Shown here: positions 11,329-21,250 of the stretch, piece after piece | Layout of the letters: each line of letters begins with the position of its first letter | Position numbering within the stretch: the first letter of the stretch is position 1 | Source of the DNA: Candidatus Bathyarchaeota archaeon | Lineage (GTDB): Archaea; Thermoproteota; Bathyarchaeia; 40CM-2-53-6 | DNA length: 64,000 nt | Direction of reading: 5' to 3' | Assembly (NCBI GenBank): GCA_963833125.1 | Contig: CAWHWX010000014.1 | Coordinates: forward strand, 1-64,000 | Notes under the pieces: model-generated | What the model saw: only the letters and a program-made list of their open reading frames with translations | Told to the model about the DNA's origin: nothing | The model's database searches: none | Translations under genes and position numbers: made by a program

Positions 11329-11427
11329 GCGTCCGCGCCCTCAAAAGGCGCCCGTACCTCTTTCTCTATTTCGTTGTTCACTGAAACACGAGAGTACCTA
11401 TGTGAAAACAGGTTGGAGGATTGGCGC

Positions 11428-12308
11428 ATGAGGAGCATTTCACTAATCGGTGTACCACTTTACACTCTAACAAAATATAGCGGACTTGGCCTAGCCGTAG
11501 AGACTCTTCGCAACCTTGGAATCGACCGGGCGCTGAGAAAGCGATGTGTCGAATTCAGGGACTGTGGAGACGTCGCTCTCCCGCAACTTACTAAGGACGA
11601 CGGTCCGCCCAAAATTAGAAACAGGGAGTATTTCCTCGAATGCACAGAGCACGATCTCCAGCGCAGTCAAAGGGAATCAGCGAAGAAGGCTTGAGCTTCT
11701 ATCTTGGAGGAGAATGCGGCCTGGCGGTTGGCAGCCCGGCAGGCCTCAAACAACAACTCCCAGGCAAACCGGGGTTATTGTGGATTGATGCGCATGGAGA
11801 TTTCAACACTCCAGAAATCTCTCCATCAGGTTTCGTCGGAGGCATGCCTTTAGCAATCATGTGCAGTCGAAGCCCTCAATTCAGTCAACAGATTGAGAAT
11901 CAGCAACCCATCATTGATGAGAACGCCGTCGTGCACCTGGGTGGGAGAGATTTCGATCTCTTGGAGTCAGGAGCCATAAGGTCGAGTAGAATGAAGATCT
12001 ACTCACCCTCAAAATTCCAAGATAATCCAGAGAAGCTAGCCGAAGAAATCGCTGAAACTCTAGCTAAGCAATCTGACTGGATAATCTGCCATCTTGACGT
12101 AGACGCAATCGATCCTACAATCATCTCCGCAGTCAACTACCCATGCAGAAACGGGCTGGCTCCAGAGGATGTCAACACGGTGGTGGCAGCGCTAAGCAAG
12201 ACGGGGAAGCTGCGAGCGTTCAACCTGACCGCCTATAATTCAACTCTCGATAAGGATGGAGAATGCGGAAAAACTATACTTGACCTCGTCGCCAAACTTC
12301 CACTCTGA
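11428..12308 (+). CDS. Arginase family (ureohydrolase); frameshift near 11646
   Basis: LGGEC, WIDAHGDFNTPE.SPSG..GGMPLA, HLDVDAID. Confidence 0.85.
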
Positions 12309-12329
12309 TCAAAATTCAGCTGACCAAAA

Positions 12330-12560
12330 TGGTTCGGGGCAGAGAATTCCGACCCCAATTTACCGGTACATCTGTTCTTGCATGAGACGGGTTTGAACTC
12401 AGTAGGGTCCTAGGTGGGAATGGTTTGAACCGGAAAGTTCGCAGCTACTTCGAATGATGGTTTTCTTTTCTCCACCGCCGTTAGGGATGAGTAACATGTT
12501 CTCCCCACAAATTACACCACCCCACCCCCCCCATCCCACCTATGGGTTGGCGGGCCCGCC
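12330..12560 (-). repeat. ~230-bp tRNA-end-bounded dispersed element, copy A
   Basis: Reverse complement is closely similar to 40831-41050. Begins with GGCGGGCCCGCCA (tRNA 3' end) and ends in a 21/27 match to the tRNA-Leu 3' end. Confidence 0.85.
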
Positions 12561-12578
12561 GAGATGTGAACTGGAAAA

Positions 12579-12733
12579 TGGTGCGGGGAAGGGGATTCGA
12601 ACCCCTGAAAGCCTACGTGCCCTGTGTGGGCTCTACGCTACAGGATCCCTTCTCCAAGTCAACTTTTCGATCTTAAGTTTAACACCGCAACTTTCGCGGT
12701 CCTGCCCCTTTGACCTGGCTCGGGTATCCCCGC
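12579..12733 (-). tRNA. tRNA-Leu(TAA) with three BHB introns (30/31: 12679-12700; 37/38: 12647-12671; variable arm: 12613-12632), encoded CCA
   Basis: Removing 22+25+20 nt gives an 88-nt cloverleaf with CAGGA-CTTAAGA-TCCTG anticodon arm. Each junction forms a BHB-type motif. Confidence 0.9.
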
Positions 12734-12825
12734 ACAAGAACGAGACAAAGATGGTTCAATTGATTAAGCTTCTTCCGGAGACCAGTCCTTAATCCTTTTA
12801 GTTTGGCCGCAGCCACGTCCCTATC

Positions 12826-12955
12826 GGGCCCGTAGCTCAGGTTGGATAGAGCGGCAGAACAATTGCCGAACCCCCTAAGGAACACCGGATAAAGCTGTAG
12901 AACCCAATCGAACTGGGTGCAGAAGTCCGGGGTTCAAATCCCCGCGGGCCCGCCA
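12826..12955 (+). tRNA. tRNA-Arg(CCT) with three BHB introns (30/31: 12858-12870; 37/38: 12878-12892; 45/46: 12901-12924)
   Basis: Removing 13+15+24 nt gives a 78-nt cloverleaf. Central helices CGGC/GCCG and CTGT/GCAG. Position 33 reads C. Confidence 0.85.
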
Positions 12956-12971
12956 AAATTTCCAGGCGAAT

Positions 12972-13817
12972 TTAGTAATGAATTGTTTTCTCTAGAAGGG
13001 GTTGTGGGCGCCCGAATTTTGGGGTTCTGTTTGGGGTGATGTAGTATTTTCCTTCTAATCTGGGAATTGAGCTGTCCCAGTATGTGTATTGGTTTTGTAG
13101 ATGGTCTAGGATGTGTGCTTCGATTCTGTGGCCGGCAATGTCCTCTGTTGCGGTGTATTCGATGATGATGTCGGCGAACCGTTTGAGTATCGCTGTCTGC
13201 TTTGAATCATGCATGTCTTCTGTGGCTAGTAGGAAGGCGGTCTGTTCGTTGGTTCTAATCCTCGTGAAGAGTCTACATAAGAATGAATAGAGGCCTGCTG
13301 GGGCTGTGGAGACTGATAGGACGTTGTCGAGAAAGTCTCCGATGATTAACGGGACATGGCCGTTTCGGGTTTTGGAGAGTCTTTCGAGGCTTAGGCTGAT
13401 GTCTGTTAGGTGGTTTGGTTGGACGATCGTCAGGCGTTGGCCATTTGTTGAGTTGAAGTTGTCGGTGAATGTGGCCCACAGTATTCTTGATGCTGGTGGG
13501 AGTTGAAGGGAAAGTGGAGTTGTTGGTCCGAGGGCGAGGAGTGGGTTGGTTAGTTTGAGATCTCTTGAGACGGTTAGCGCGTCTTTGAGTATGTTCACTG
13601 CGCCGACGTCTCCTTTGACGACGGCGATGATGATTCGGTAGTCGAGTAGAGGGCGGGGGAGTTGCATTAGAATTGGTGTTGCTGAAGCGGTTTCGAGGTC
13701 TTCGGTGTTTGGTGGTGCTTTGGTAGACATGTCGGGCGCCGAAACATCAGTGTACCATAATCGGTATATTAACGTTTCAAGTTTCGGCGACCGACTACCT
13801 ACCTCGCATGGACGCAC
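12972..13817 (-). CDS. Hypothetical protein, possibly a degenerate KaiC/RAD55-like ATPase fold
   Basis: 281-aa ORF; LIIGDFLDNVL...AFLLATEDMHD...LKRFADIIIEY resembles the C-terminal half of RecA-like folds; no Walker A. Likely start is the ATG at 13730. Confidence 0.5.
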   Translation of the reverse strand: MRPCEVGSRSPKLETLIYRLWYTDVSAPDMSTKAPPNTEDLETASATPILMQLPRPLLDYRIIIAVVKGDVGAVNILKDALTVSRDLKLTNPLLALGPTTPLSLQLPPASRILWATFTDNFNSTNGQRLTIVQPNHLTDISLSLERLSKTRNGHVPLIIGDFLDNVLSVSTAPAGLYSFLCRLFTRIRTNEQTAFLLATEDMHDSKQTAILKRFADIIIEYTATEDIAGHRIEAHILDHLQNQYTYWDSSIPRLEGKYYITPNRTPKFGRPQPLLEKTIHY

Positions 13818-14026
13818 AGAGTTGGTGGATGATTACCTTGGCAACGATACGCAAAGGAATGAAGTACCTTGGCGGTTTGGTCTGCACATTCGGAGGAGTT
13901 TACTTAGGCAACGCGTACGGTGCATCATACTGGCGATTCAGCCCGCCAAACCTAGCATGGGACACCATCTTTCGAGGAAGCCTCCTCGTTACCATCGGGT
14001 TGCTACTAATTCGGTTTAGTAAATGA
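13808..14026 (+). CDS. Small membrane protein
   Basis: 72-aa ORF with two hydrophobic segments. Confidence 0.4.
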   Translation: MDAQSWWMITLATIRKGMKYLGGLVCTFGGVYLGNAYGASYWRFSPPNLAWDTIFRGSLLVTIGLLLIRFSK

Positions 14027-14263
14027 ACCATTACACATGAAACGTTCAACCACTCTCGCCGACACGTTAACGGGTCTGCATCAAAAAATGGCCAGGGGCT
14101 AACTAAGGTCCCATACATATTGTAGTGTACCGCGTCCATGGGTTCGTGGTAATCTTACCTCAATTTCTGAGAAATCATTCCTTTAGTTTTCACTCGCGCT
14201 TGTCACTGCCCTAGGATATTCTTTATTTCCCAGAAACCTTAGCGACCCACGAAGGTTGAAAAT

Positions 14264-15034
14264 TTGCGAAAAATCTTTGCTGCACTCCTCGTGGTCCTCG
14301 TAGCTGTACCGATAGCAAGCATCGCCCCCGTGTTCGCGTATACTCCACCCTTGGTCTCTCCCGCGCTGCATGCTTCATCCCGGAAGACGGCAGTAATCCT
14401 CTCGTCCCTTGATCAAGTCGCCCCATTGGGGCAGTATGATCACATGTGGACCTACTACCTAGAGCACGCCGGGTACCAAGTTACCACACTAACCAACACA
14501 CAGGTCACAGTAGATTTCCTACTGAACAACCTAAACAACTACAGCATCGTGATCTGGAGAACGAACACTTACAATTGGAAACACATCGAATACTGGTACG
14601 TCGGTGAACTAGCCAGCTCAGGAATAGAAACAAAATATGCAAACGACTTCGCTCAAGGATTCATGAACGGTAACGCAGGAATAGTTGGGATAAGCCTCAA
14701 CTTCTTCAGCAACCACTTCACCTCAGGCATGCTGACCAACGTGAAGTTGATGATGCTCATCTCATCTGACTCGGAATCTATCGCTGGCTTTATGATGACA
14801 GCGGGCGCTTCGACAATCCTCTTCTGCAACGGCCCAGTCTCTCTTACATACGGCCAAATGGACGACCTAGCAAACCAAGTCCTCGCCAGCCTATCGATGG
14901 GACAAACAATATACAACGCAGTCTACGGCGTCGTGTCACCTTTCGTACAGAATTCGAACAACGAAGACCCACTCGACTCAAGCTATACGCCGCCCTTCTG
15001 GTATCAGGGCGACGGCACACTGACAATAACATAG
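14264..15034 (+). CDS. Secreted hypothetical protein
   Basis: Signal peptide MRKIFAALLVVLVAVPIASIAPVFA; 256 aa. Confidence 0.7.
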   Translation: MRKIFAALLVVLVAVPIASIAPVFAYTPPLVSPALHASSRKTAVILSSLDQVAPLGQYDHMWTYYLEHAGYQVTTLTNTQVTVDFLLNNLNNYSIVIWRTNTYNWKHIEYWYVGELASSGIETKYANDFAQGFMNGNAGIVGISLNFFSNHFTSGMLTNVKLMMLISSDSESIAGFMMTAGASTILFCNGPVSLTYGQMDDLANQVLASLSMGQTIYNAVYGVVSPFVQNSNNEDPLDSSYTPPFWYQGDGTLTIT

Positions 15035-15133
15035 ACATCGTTGGCTAAGTGACAGTTCCGGGATCACACCCTTTTTTGTATTGGGAAATTAGTATAAGCA
15101 GCTTGACTCACTTCTTACCTAACTGAGATTGTT

Positions 15134-16306
15134 TTGTCCGCCTTCAAAGAACCGGTCGTCATCCACAAAGGACTGGATAATGTCTACGTAAAAGAGAGTA
15201 AGATCTGTTTTATTGACGGCGAAGCAAGCAAACTATTCTACAGAGGCTATAGCATAGAAGATCTCGCGACCCATTCAACATTCGAAGAAACCGCATATCT
15301 TCTAATCTATGGTTGGCTTCCAACGAGTAGCCAACTAGAGAAGTTTAGACGTCAGTTAGAATCCTACCGCCCCCTCGATCCAGATGTCTTACAACTCATC
15401 CGAAGTTTTCCAACCCACAGCGATCCAATGGACGTCCTGCGCACAGCAGTTTCCGCGCTAGGCCTTTATGATCCAAAACCAATGTCGGACGACATTGAAG
15501 TTCGACTAGACAAAGGACTAAGGATCTTAGCGAAAGTCCCAACAATAATTACCGCCTTTCACCGCTTCCGAAACCATAAGGAACCGGTTCCTCCCAAACC
15601 AGGGTTAAGCCACGCGGCTGACTTTCTTTACATGCTAACCGGGAATGAACCCGATACATCCGATGCTCACGCAATGGATGTGGCCCTCATACTGCACGCG
15701 GAACACGAGATGAATGCCTCCACTTTCGCCTGCACCGTAACAGCATCAACCTTAGCCGACATGTACTCAATCCTAACCTCTGGAATAGGAACCCTACGCG
15801 GTCCGCTCCACGGTGGCGCAAATGAAGTCGCACTGCAGACGGTTCTGGAAGTTGGGGACGCAACCCGGGCTGAGAGTTACGTAGTTGAAGCGCTGGCGCA
15901 GAAGAAGAAGATCATGGGGTTCGGCCATAGGGTATACAAGAGCTGGGATCCCAGGTACTTGATTTTGAAGAAACTCAGCGGAGAACTTGCCGCTAAGAAG
16001 GGGCAAACTAAGTTATTTGATACGGCCGTCGCGATCGAGATGAGCGCACGAAGGCATCTGGAAGGAACCACGATCTTCCCGAACGTTGACTCTTACTCTG
16101 GCATACTCTTCCACATACTCGGCATTCAAACAGATCTATTCACCCCAATCTTCGCAATGAGTAGAATTGCAGGATGGACAGCGCATTCGATTGAATACTT
16201 GCAGGCAAACCGATTGATTAGGCCAAAAGCTCTCTACGTCGGAAAGACGGGCCTCGCGTACCTGCCCTTGGAGTCTAGAAGTGGAATAGCAATTGAAGAG
16301 GAGTAG
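15134..16306 (+). CDS. gltA: Citrate synthase
   Basis: LFYRGY, HAEHEMNASTF, GPLHGGANE, MGFGHRVYK..DPR, FPNVD. Confidence 0.95.
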   Translation: MSAFKEPVVIHKGLDNVYVKESKICFIDGEASKLFYRGYSIEDLATHSTFEETAYLLIYGWLPTSSQLEKFRRQLESYRPLDPDVLQLIRSFPTHSDPMDVLRTAVSALGLYDPKPMSDDIEVRLDKGLRILAKVPTIITAFHRFRNHKEPVPPKPGLSHAADFLYMLTGNEPDTSDAHAMDVALILHAEHEMNASTFACTVTASTLADMYSILTSGIGTLRGPLHGGANEVALQTVLEVGDATRAESYVVEALAQKKKIMGFGHRVYKSWDPRYLILKKLSGELAAKKGQTKLFDTAVAIEMSARRHLEGTTIFPNVDSYSGILFHILGIQTDLFTPIFAMSRIAGWTAHSIEYLQANRLIRPKALYVGKTGLAYLPLESRSGIAIEEE

Positions 16307-16312
16307 GTAAGA

Positions 16313-16741
16313 ATGAACATAAGCCACATAGTAACTCGACCCTTGATTACGATCGATGCGAGCAGGACGGTATTAGATGCGGCGAAACTTATGGTTGAAA
16401 AAAACATCGGACTGCTAGTAATAGTTCAAGATCAGGACAGGTCGAAAGTGGTCGGAGTCATCTCTGAAAGAGACATCATAAGGACTGTCGCTTCGAGTCG
16501 AACCCTTGGCATGCCCGTTGACGAGATGTGCACGAAACAAGTGATTACGGTGCACGGGAATTCGGATGTTGCGGAAGCCGCGAAAGTCATGAACAAGAAC
16601 AAGATCAGGCATGTCGTCGTGGTCGACGATGGAGAGAAGCCAATTGGGGTTGTTTCGATGAGAGACCTGGTAGGAGAACGTGCCACCCTTACGGCGATCC
16701 TGCGGTCCGATGAGAAAGAGGTATTCCATGGAGGAGACTAA
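16313..16741 (+). CDS. CBS-domain pair protein
   Basis: VGVISERDI and IRHVVVVD..PIGVVSMRDL. Confidence 0.9.
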   Translation: MNISHIVTRPLITIDASRTVLDAAKLMVEKNIGLLVIVQDQDRSKVVGVISERDIIRTVASSRTLGMPVDEMCTKQVITVHGNSDVAEAAKVMNKNKIRHVVVVDDGEKPIGVVSMRDLVGERATLTAILRSDEKEVFHGGD

Positions 16742-18051
16742 TTCAGTTCTCGAAGCTTCTGAGCAAGCTCCGTGATGGGAACCGATGTTTCCATCCCCGT
16801 AGCCATGTCTTTCACCTTGACCACTTTCGACTGATTCTCTTGAGGCCCCAAAACTACTAGGTATGGGATCTTTGCTGAGTTTGCGTATTCTAACTGTTTA
16901 CTCAAAGATCTTCCCATCAAGTCAAATTCCGCTGGAATTTCGTTGGCGCGAAGATTTTCCACAACACGTACTGCTTCCAGCCTCGATTCCTCCTTCACGG
17001 TTGCAATAAACACTTTTGCGCCAAGCTGAGGCTTAGGATAGAGGTTGGCGCGCTCTAGGGAAATCATTAGACGTTCGATTCCCCCTGCGACTCCGGTAGC
17101 AGGTATATCGCGTTTTCCGTATACTTTGCAAAGCTTGTCATACCTGCCTCCTCCGAAGATTGATCCCACATCCTCCCCTCCCTTATCGAAGCCTTCGAAA
17201 ACGATTCCATCGTAGTACCCTATGCCGCGCACGATGCTCATGTCATAGACGCAACGGTCTAACCGCCCGTATGCGGCGAGTGCGTCTGAAAGTGCTCCTA
17301 ACTCTTCTAACCCCTTCTTCGCCTCTGGTTCAGCGAAATTGAAACTAGTAAGTTTGTCAAGGACGGTTCGAGGTGACCCATTGATTGAGATATACGAGAA
17401 AATCTCACCCACCGTACTTTCATCGATCTGGATGGATGTGAAATCCTTGTTCAACTGCTGGCGGCTTTCCTTCCTCATTTTGTCGATGATTCTCAAGCAT
17501 TGCTCAAGTTTCTCACCGGAACTGATTCCTAGTTGTTTGAGGTAAGATTCGGTTAGTTTTCGGTTGCTGATTCGGACCGTGAAGTCTTTCAATCCAGCGT
17601 TAAGTAGAATGTCGGCACCGACACAAATGACCTCAGCGTCCGCAAGGGGGCTTTCGGAACCGAAGATCTCTATGTCCCATTGCGTAAAGTATCGGTATCT
17701 TGCAAATTGTGGTTCGTCGTAACGCCAGTTGCCTCCAATTGAAGCGAACTTTATTGGTTCAGGTAGATCGGAACGGTTCGCGATCATTCGCGCGAGGCCG
17801 ATGGTTAGATCGAATCTTAACCCAAGGCTCCGTCCTGCCTTGTCCTTGAACCAATAGATTTCGTCACGTATTCCCGCTCCGCTCTTTGCTTCAAGTGTAT
17901 TCAGGTGCTCAATAGTTGTGGGTTCGACCATCCGGAACCCATATCGGGAAACAACGTCACGAATCTTATCGTAGAGCCATAACCTGCGAGCCATCTCTTC
18001 AGGTTCAGTATCCCGCATTCCGCGGGGCAATGTGAAAATGTTTGACGACAA
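16738..18051 (-). CDS. hisS: Histidyl-tRNA synthetase
   Basis: PRGMRD, LRFDLT, WRYDEPQFARYRYFTQ, VRGIGYYDG, GGGRYD, anticodon-binding C-terminus. Confidence 0.95.
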   Translation of the reverse strand: MSSNIFTLPRGMRDTEPEEMARRLWLYDKIRDVVSRYGFRMVEPTTIEHLNTLEAKSGAGIRDEIYWFKDKAGRSLGLRFDLTIGLARMIANRSDLPEPIKFASIGGNWRYDEPQFARYRYFTQWDIEIFGSESPLADAEVICVGADILLNAGLKDFTVRISNRKLTESYLKQLGISSGEKLEQCLRIIDKMRKESRQQLNKDFTSIQIDESTVGEIFSYISINGSPRTVLDKLTSFNFAEPEAKKGLEELGALSDALAAYGRLDRCVYDMSIVRGIGYYDGIVFEGFDKGGEDVGSIFGGGRYDKLCKVYGKRDIPATGVAGGIERLMISLERANLYPKPQLGAKVFIATVKEESRLEAVRVVENLRANEIPAEFDLMGRSLSKQLEYANSAKIPYLVVLGPQENQSKVVKVKDMATGMETSVPITELAQKLRELN

Positions 18052-18169
18052 TTCCTCTCACGTCCGTTGTCGCTTCTATTGACACCGTCCTATAACGTTG
18101 TAAGTTGAAATGCGTCGGAGGTTATGCAAGACTTATAGTGAAGGGTAGATTATCCCGCACTGAATCCTC

Positions 18170-18697
18170 ATGCCCGTCAAAAGTCGAGAGCTTTGGACCG
18201 CAGTACTAGCAGGCAGCGTCGTTACAGGTGTGCTCACCGCCTTTCTTGAAGCCGCGAATCTGACACCGCCCTATTCCGATGCCGCAGGGGCTTTCGTCGG
18301 GGGCGCGGTAGCAGCTTACTTACTATATGGGACCGTAGGGCAAGCAACGGCGGCCGGGGCTTTGTCGGGTATTGTTGGAACGCCATTGTATCTTGGAGTT
18401 TCGGAATTCCTAGTCATTTTCGGGTTAATACCGCAACCACCTTCGACACCGCCTTGGTCTGTCTTGCAACCCGAGTTGCAAGCGACTGTTGTCATAATTC
18501 TAGGAATAGCTCTGGTTGCGGGAATGGTTGGCGCGACTTTGATTAGAGCAGTTCACCACCCACCCCCTGAACCGGTTACGCCACCAGCACAGGTAACGCC
18601 AGGAACCATATCTCAGGCTAGGTACTGTGTTCAGTGCGGTGCACAGCTGCCACCAGGCGCGGTCGTTTGCCCGCAGTGTAATGCTCGGCAGCCATAA
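18170..18697 (+). CDS. Membrane protein with C-terminal zinc ribbon
   Basis: Four hydrophobic helices, Pro-rich linker, YCVQCGA...CPQC. Confidence 0.75.
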   Translation: MPVKSRELWTAVLAGSVVTGVLTAFLEAANLTPPYSDAAGAFVGGAVAAYLLYGTVGQATAAGALSGIVGTPLYLGVSEFLVIFGLIPQPPSTPPWSVLQPELQATVVIILGIALVAGMVGATLIRAVHHPPPEPVTPPAQVTPGTISQARYCVQCGAQLPPGAVVCPQCNARQP

Positions 18698-18720
18698 TGG
18701 CTGACTTGTCGGACCTTTTT

Positions 18721-19293
18721 CTAGACCTTAAGAGAACTGAGCGTATAGTATACTATATCCGTGCGTCGATCAACTACCGCAAGTATCAGTTCCTTCTTTT
18801 CTTTATCTGAATACTTGAGAAGTTTTCCGAGTTTCTTTAAGCTAGCTTCTCCTCCTTCGTAGACGATGGAGATCAGTCGCCTAAGCGGGCCCTTTCCGTA
18901 AATGTCGAAGTCGAAAGCTTTGATTGATTCGCGAACAATGTATCCGCAATCGCGAAGGTCCCGGTAAACCAAGTACTTAATCCAAATCTCAGGTTTGCCA
19001 ACTGAGAATTTGCGAACCAAATCTCTTAGTTCAAGTTCACTCTCTTTTCGTTTGTCAAATACCCGTATCTTTTGCTTCTCAAGTAGGTAAAATGACTCGT
19101 ACGGAGTGAAGATGAGTTTTGCCGCCTTAAGGTCCCCGAATCCACGCTCTCTGAGCTCCATTAATTCCGGCTTGTAGGGTATGTAGACGTGCTTTGTATC
19201 CAGTATAGTGTTCCAAGGGGTGAACTGAGGTTTTTCCTCAGTTTGAACTGGGGTCGTTGTTGGGGGTGCTGGTGGGTTGGCAGTGTTCTCCAT
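18721..19293 (-). CDS. tRNA-splicing endonuclease subunit, probably the non-catalytic (structural/beta) subunit
   Basis: RGFG, PYESFYLLE, KYLVYRDLRDCGYIV, LILAVVDRRTDIVYY. No His after FDFDIY where the catalytic His normally lies. Confidence 0.8.
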   Translation of the reverse strand: MENTANPPAPPTTTPVQTEEKPQFTPWNTILDTKHVYIPYKPELMELRERGFGDLKAAKLIFTPYESFYLLEKQKIRVFDKRKESELELRDLVRKFSVGKPEIWIKYLVYRDLRDCGYIVRESIKAFDFDIYGKGPLRRLISIVYEGGEASLKKLGKLLKYSDKEKKELILAVVDRRTDIVYYTLSSLKV

Positions 19294-19414
19294 TTGGTTG
19301 CACTTTATGACCCCGCAGGGGGGCGTTCAATTAATGCTTTTGCGCGAGTCAACACATAGGATTGTGAGGAAAGCTAATTCGAGACGCGTGTATCGGTGTT
19401 GTGAGTGATCATTA

Positions 19415-20422
19415 TTGCGGCCTATGTCGGATCTTAGAACGGTTGAGTGGATTAATGGCCACGTTAGGATGATAGATCAAACTAAGTTACCCTACCAATT
19501 CGTCTATGTCAACTTGAAGAATTATCGACAAGTAGCCAAGGCCATCAGAGATATGACTGTCCGTGGAGCTCCGGCTATTGGTGTAGCAGCCGCAATGGGA
19601 ATGGCCCTCGCAGCAAACGCATACCGGACAAAGAAGAGGGAACAACTTATGTCGGAACTCGGGACCGCAGCTGACGTGCTCAGGAAAAGCCGACCGACGG
19701 CTCGAAATCTATTCTGGGGAATTGATGCAGTTATTCGCCGGGCTAAAGCAACCGCAGGCGGAGCAGGTGAAGTGGTAGCGGCTGTAGTGAAACAAGCACA
19801 GGAAATGGCTGAGGAAGATGTCCAAGCCAACAAGAAGATAGGCGAATATGGAGCGCGCCTGATCAATGATGGTGATCAGATTCTCACCCATTGCAATACA
19901 GGTACACTCGCTACGGTTAGTTATGGGACTGCTCTAGCGCCGATTCGATCCGCCGTCCGACAAGGAAAGAGAGTGAAGGTTATCGCAACCGAAACCCGAC
20001 CACGATTGCAGGGTGCGAAGTTGACAACCTACGAGCTACTCAGCGATAAGATTCCCGTGACGCTGATTGTTGACGGAGCTGTTGGCTACGTTATGAGGCA
20101 AGGCATGGTGCAGAAGGCGATTGTTGGAGCCGACCGGATCACCAGGAAGTTCGTAGCCAACAAGGTGGGGACCTACTTGATCGCGCTCGCCGCTCAGGCT
20201 AATCAGATCCCATTCTACGTCGCTGCTCCAAGTTCCACTTTTGACCTACAAGGTGAAGGATCCGACGTGAAGATCGAGGAGAGAAGTGCGCAAGAGATCA
20301 CGCATATTCGAGGAAAGCGAATACCACCAATGGGCGTGCCAGTCTACAACCCTGCCTTCGACCTAACACCTGTGGAATTGGTGCAGGGTTTCATAACGGA
20401 GAAAGGGATTGATAGCCCCTGA
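19415..20422 (+). CDS. mtnA: Methylthioribose-1-phosphate isomerase (eIF-2B-like family)
   Basis: IDQTKLP, VRGAPAIG, SRPTARNL, LTHCNTG, ETRPRLQGAKLT, VGADRI, NKVGTY, NPAFDLTP. Confidence 0.88.
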   Translation: MRPMSDLRTVEWINGHVRMIDQTKLPYQFVYVNLKNYRQVAKAIRDMTVRGAPAIGVAAAMGMALAANAYRTKKREQLMSELGTAADVLRKSRPTARNLFWGIDAVIRRAKATAGGAGEVVAAVVKQAQEMAEEDVQANKKIGEYGARLINDGDQILTHCNTGTLATVSYGTALAPIRSAVRQGKRVKVIATETRPRLQGAKLTTYELLSDKIPVTLIVDGAVGYVMRQGMVQKAIVGADRITRKFVANKVGTYLIALAAQANQIPFYVAAPSSTFDLQGEGSDVKIEERSAQEITHIRGKRIPPMGVPVYNPAFDLTPVELVQGFITEKGIDSP

Positions 20423-20470
20423 TAGGCTTGGGGCTGACGCTGCTTTGCTTCAGACCTGAAAATTCTAGTT

Positions 20471-21220
20471 CTAGACTTCTTGAAGTGGTTTCTTGCCTAC
20501 TTGCAATACGATTTCTACGGGGCAGTGGGTGACTGATTCGATTCGGCTCTTCCACTCCGATCCCATGCTTATCAAAGCATACATGCCCGTAACTTCTCCC
20601 TTCGCTTTCTGCACGATTCGAGTGAGAGCAATTTGTGTTTCGCCGCTGTCGATGACGTCGTCAACGATAAGTACGCAATCCCCTTTCCTTAACGCGTCCC
20701 TTGGAACGTAGAGACTAACCATCATGGCGGTTTTGGCGGGGATGTAGATTTCTTCAATGAACTCACGTACTCCAACCTCTCTGCTCTTCTTGGCGATGAT
20801 TAGGCCAACGCCTAGTCTGTGCGCAAGTAGAGCGGCAAGTGGAATACCGTCGACTGCTGCGGCTAGGATCTTCGTTATGCGCATGCCGGCAAATGCGTTC
20901 ACGGCATGTTGAACTGCTCGTTCGAGAAGTAGAGTATCGGAGATGAGCTTGGTGTTATCGAAATACCCTGCCTCGTCAAAGCGTATTCGCTGCTGAATCT
21001 CGCCTTCAAGGCGCATTATCTTTTGGAGGGTTCGGTTGATGTTTTGGGCTCGGTCTATGGTTGGCAGAACGTGACCCTTGACGTACCTGCTGAGTACGGT
21101 TTCAGGAAGGCCGATGATTTGGGCCAATTCCCTGTAAGTGTAATAATTCTTGGCGAGGTTGAGGAGTTCGATCGTCATCAGTTTGTACTTTAGGTCGGAT
21201 ATACGGGAACCTGCTCTCAA
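20471..21220 (-). CDS. HTH plus phosphoribosyltransferase-domain protein (PurR-like regulator)
   Basis: YTYRELAQIIGLPETVLSRY HTH; VLIVDDVIDSGET PRPP-binding loop. Confidence 0.85.
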   Translation of the reverse strand: MRAGSRISDLKYKLMTIELLNLAKNYYTYRELAQIIGLPETVLSRYVKGHVLPTIDRAQNINRTLQKIMRLEGEIQQRIRFDEAGYFDNTKLISDTLLLERAVQHAVNAFAGMRITKILAAAVDGIPLAALLAHRLGVGLIIAKKSREVGVREFIEEIYIPAKTAMMVSLYVPRDALRKGDCVLIVDDVIDSGETQIALTRIVQKAKGEVTGMYALISMGSEWKSRIESVTHCPVEIVLQVGKKPLQEV

Positions 21221-21250
21221 GTCATTGCCTTCTCTAGATGCTTTGACACG

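Noticed and set aside
12454-12792. ORF MMVFFSPPPLGMSN..., with a twin at 40678-40932, as a duplicated protein gene
   Set aside because: Both lie within the dispersed repeat and run antisense into a tRNA or a gene end; the copies fall out of frame at the poly-C tract.
12871-12879. CTA anticodon (amber/pyrrolysine suppressor) reading of the CCCCCTAAG stretch
   Set aside because: BHB-defined splice sites and the 5-bp stem place CCT at 34-36, and the tRNA body is Arg-type.
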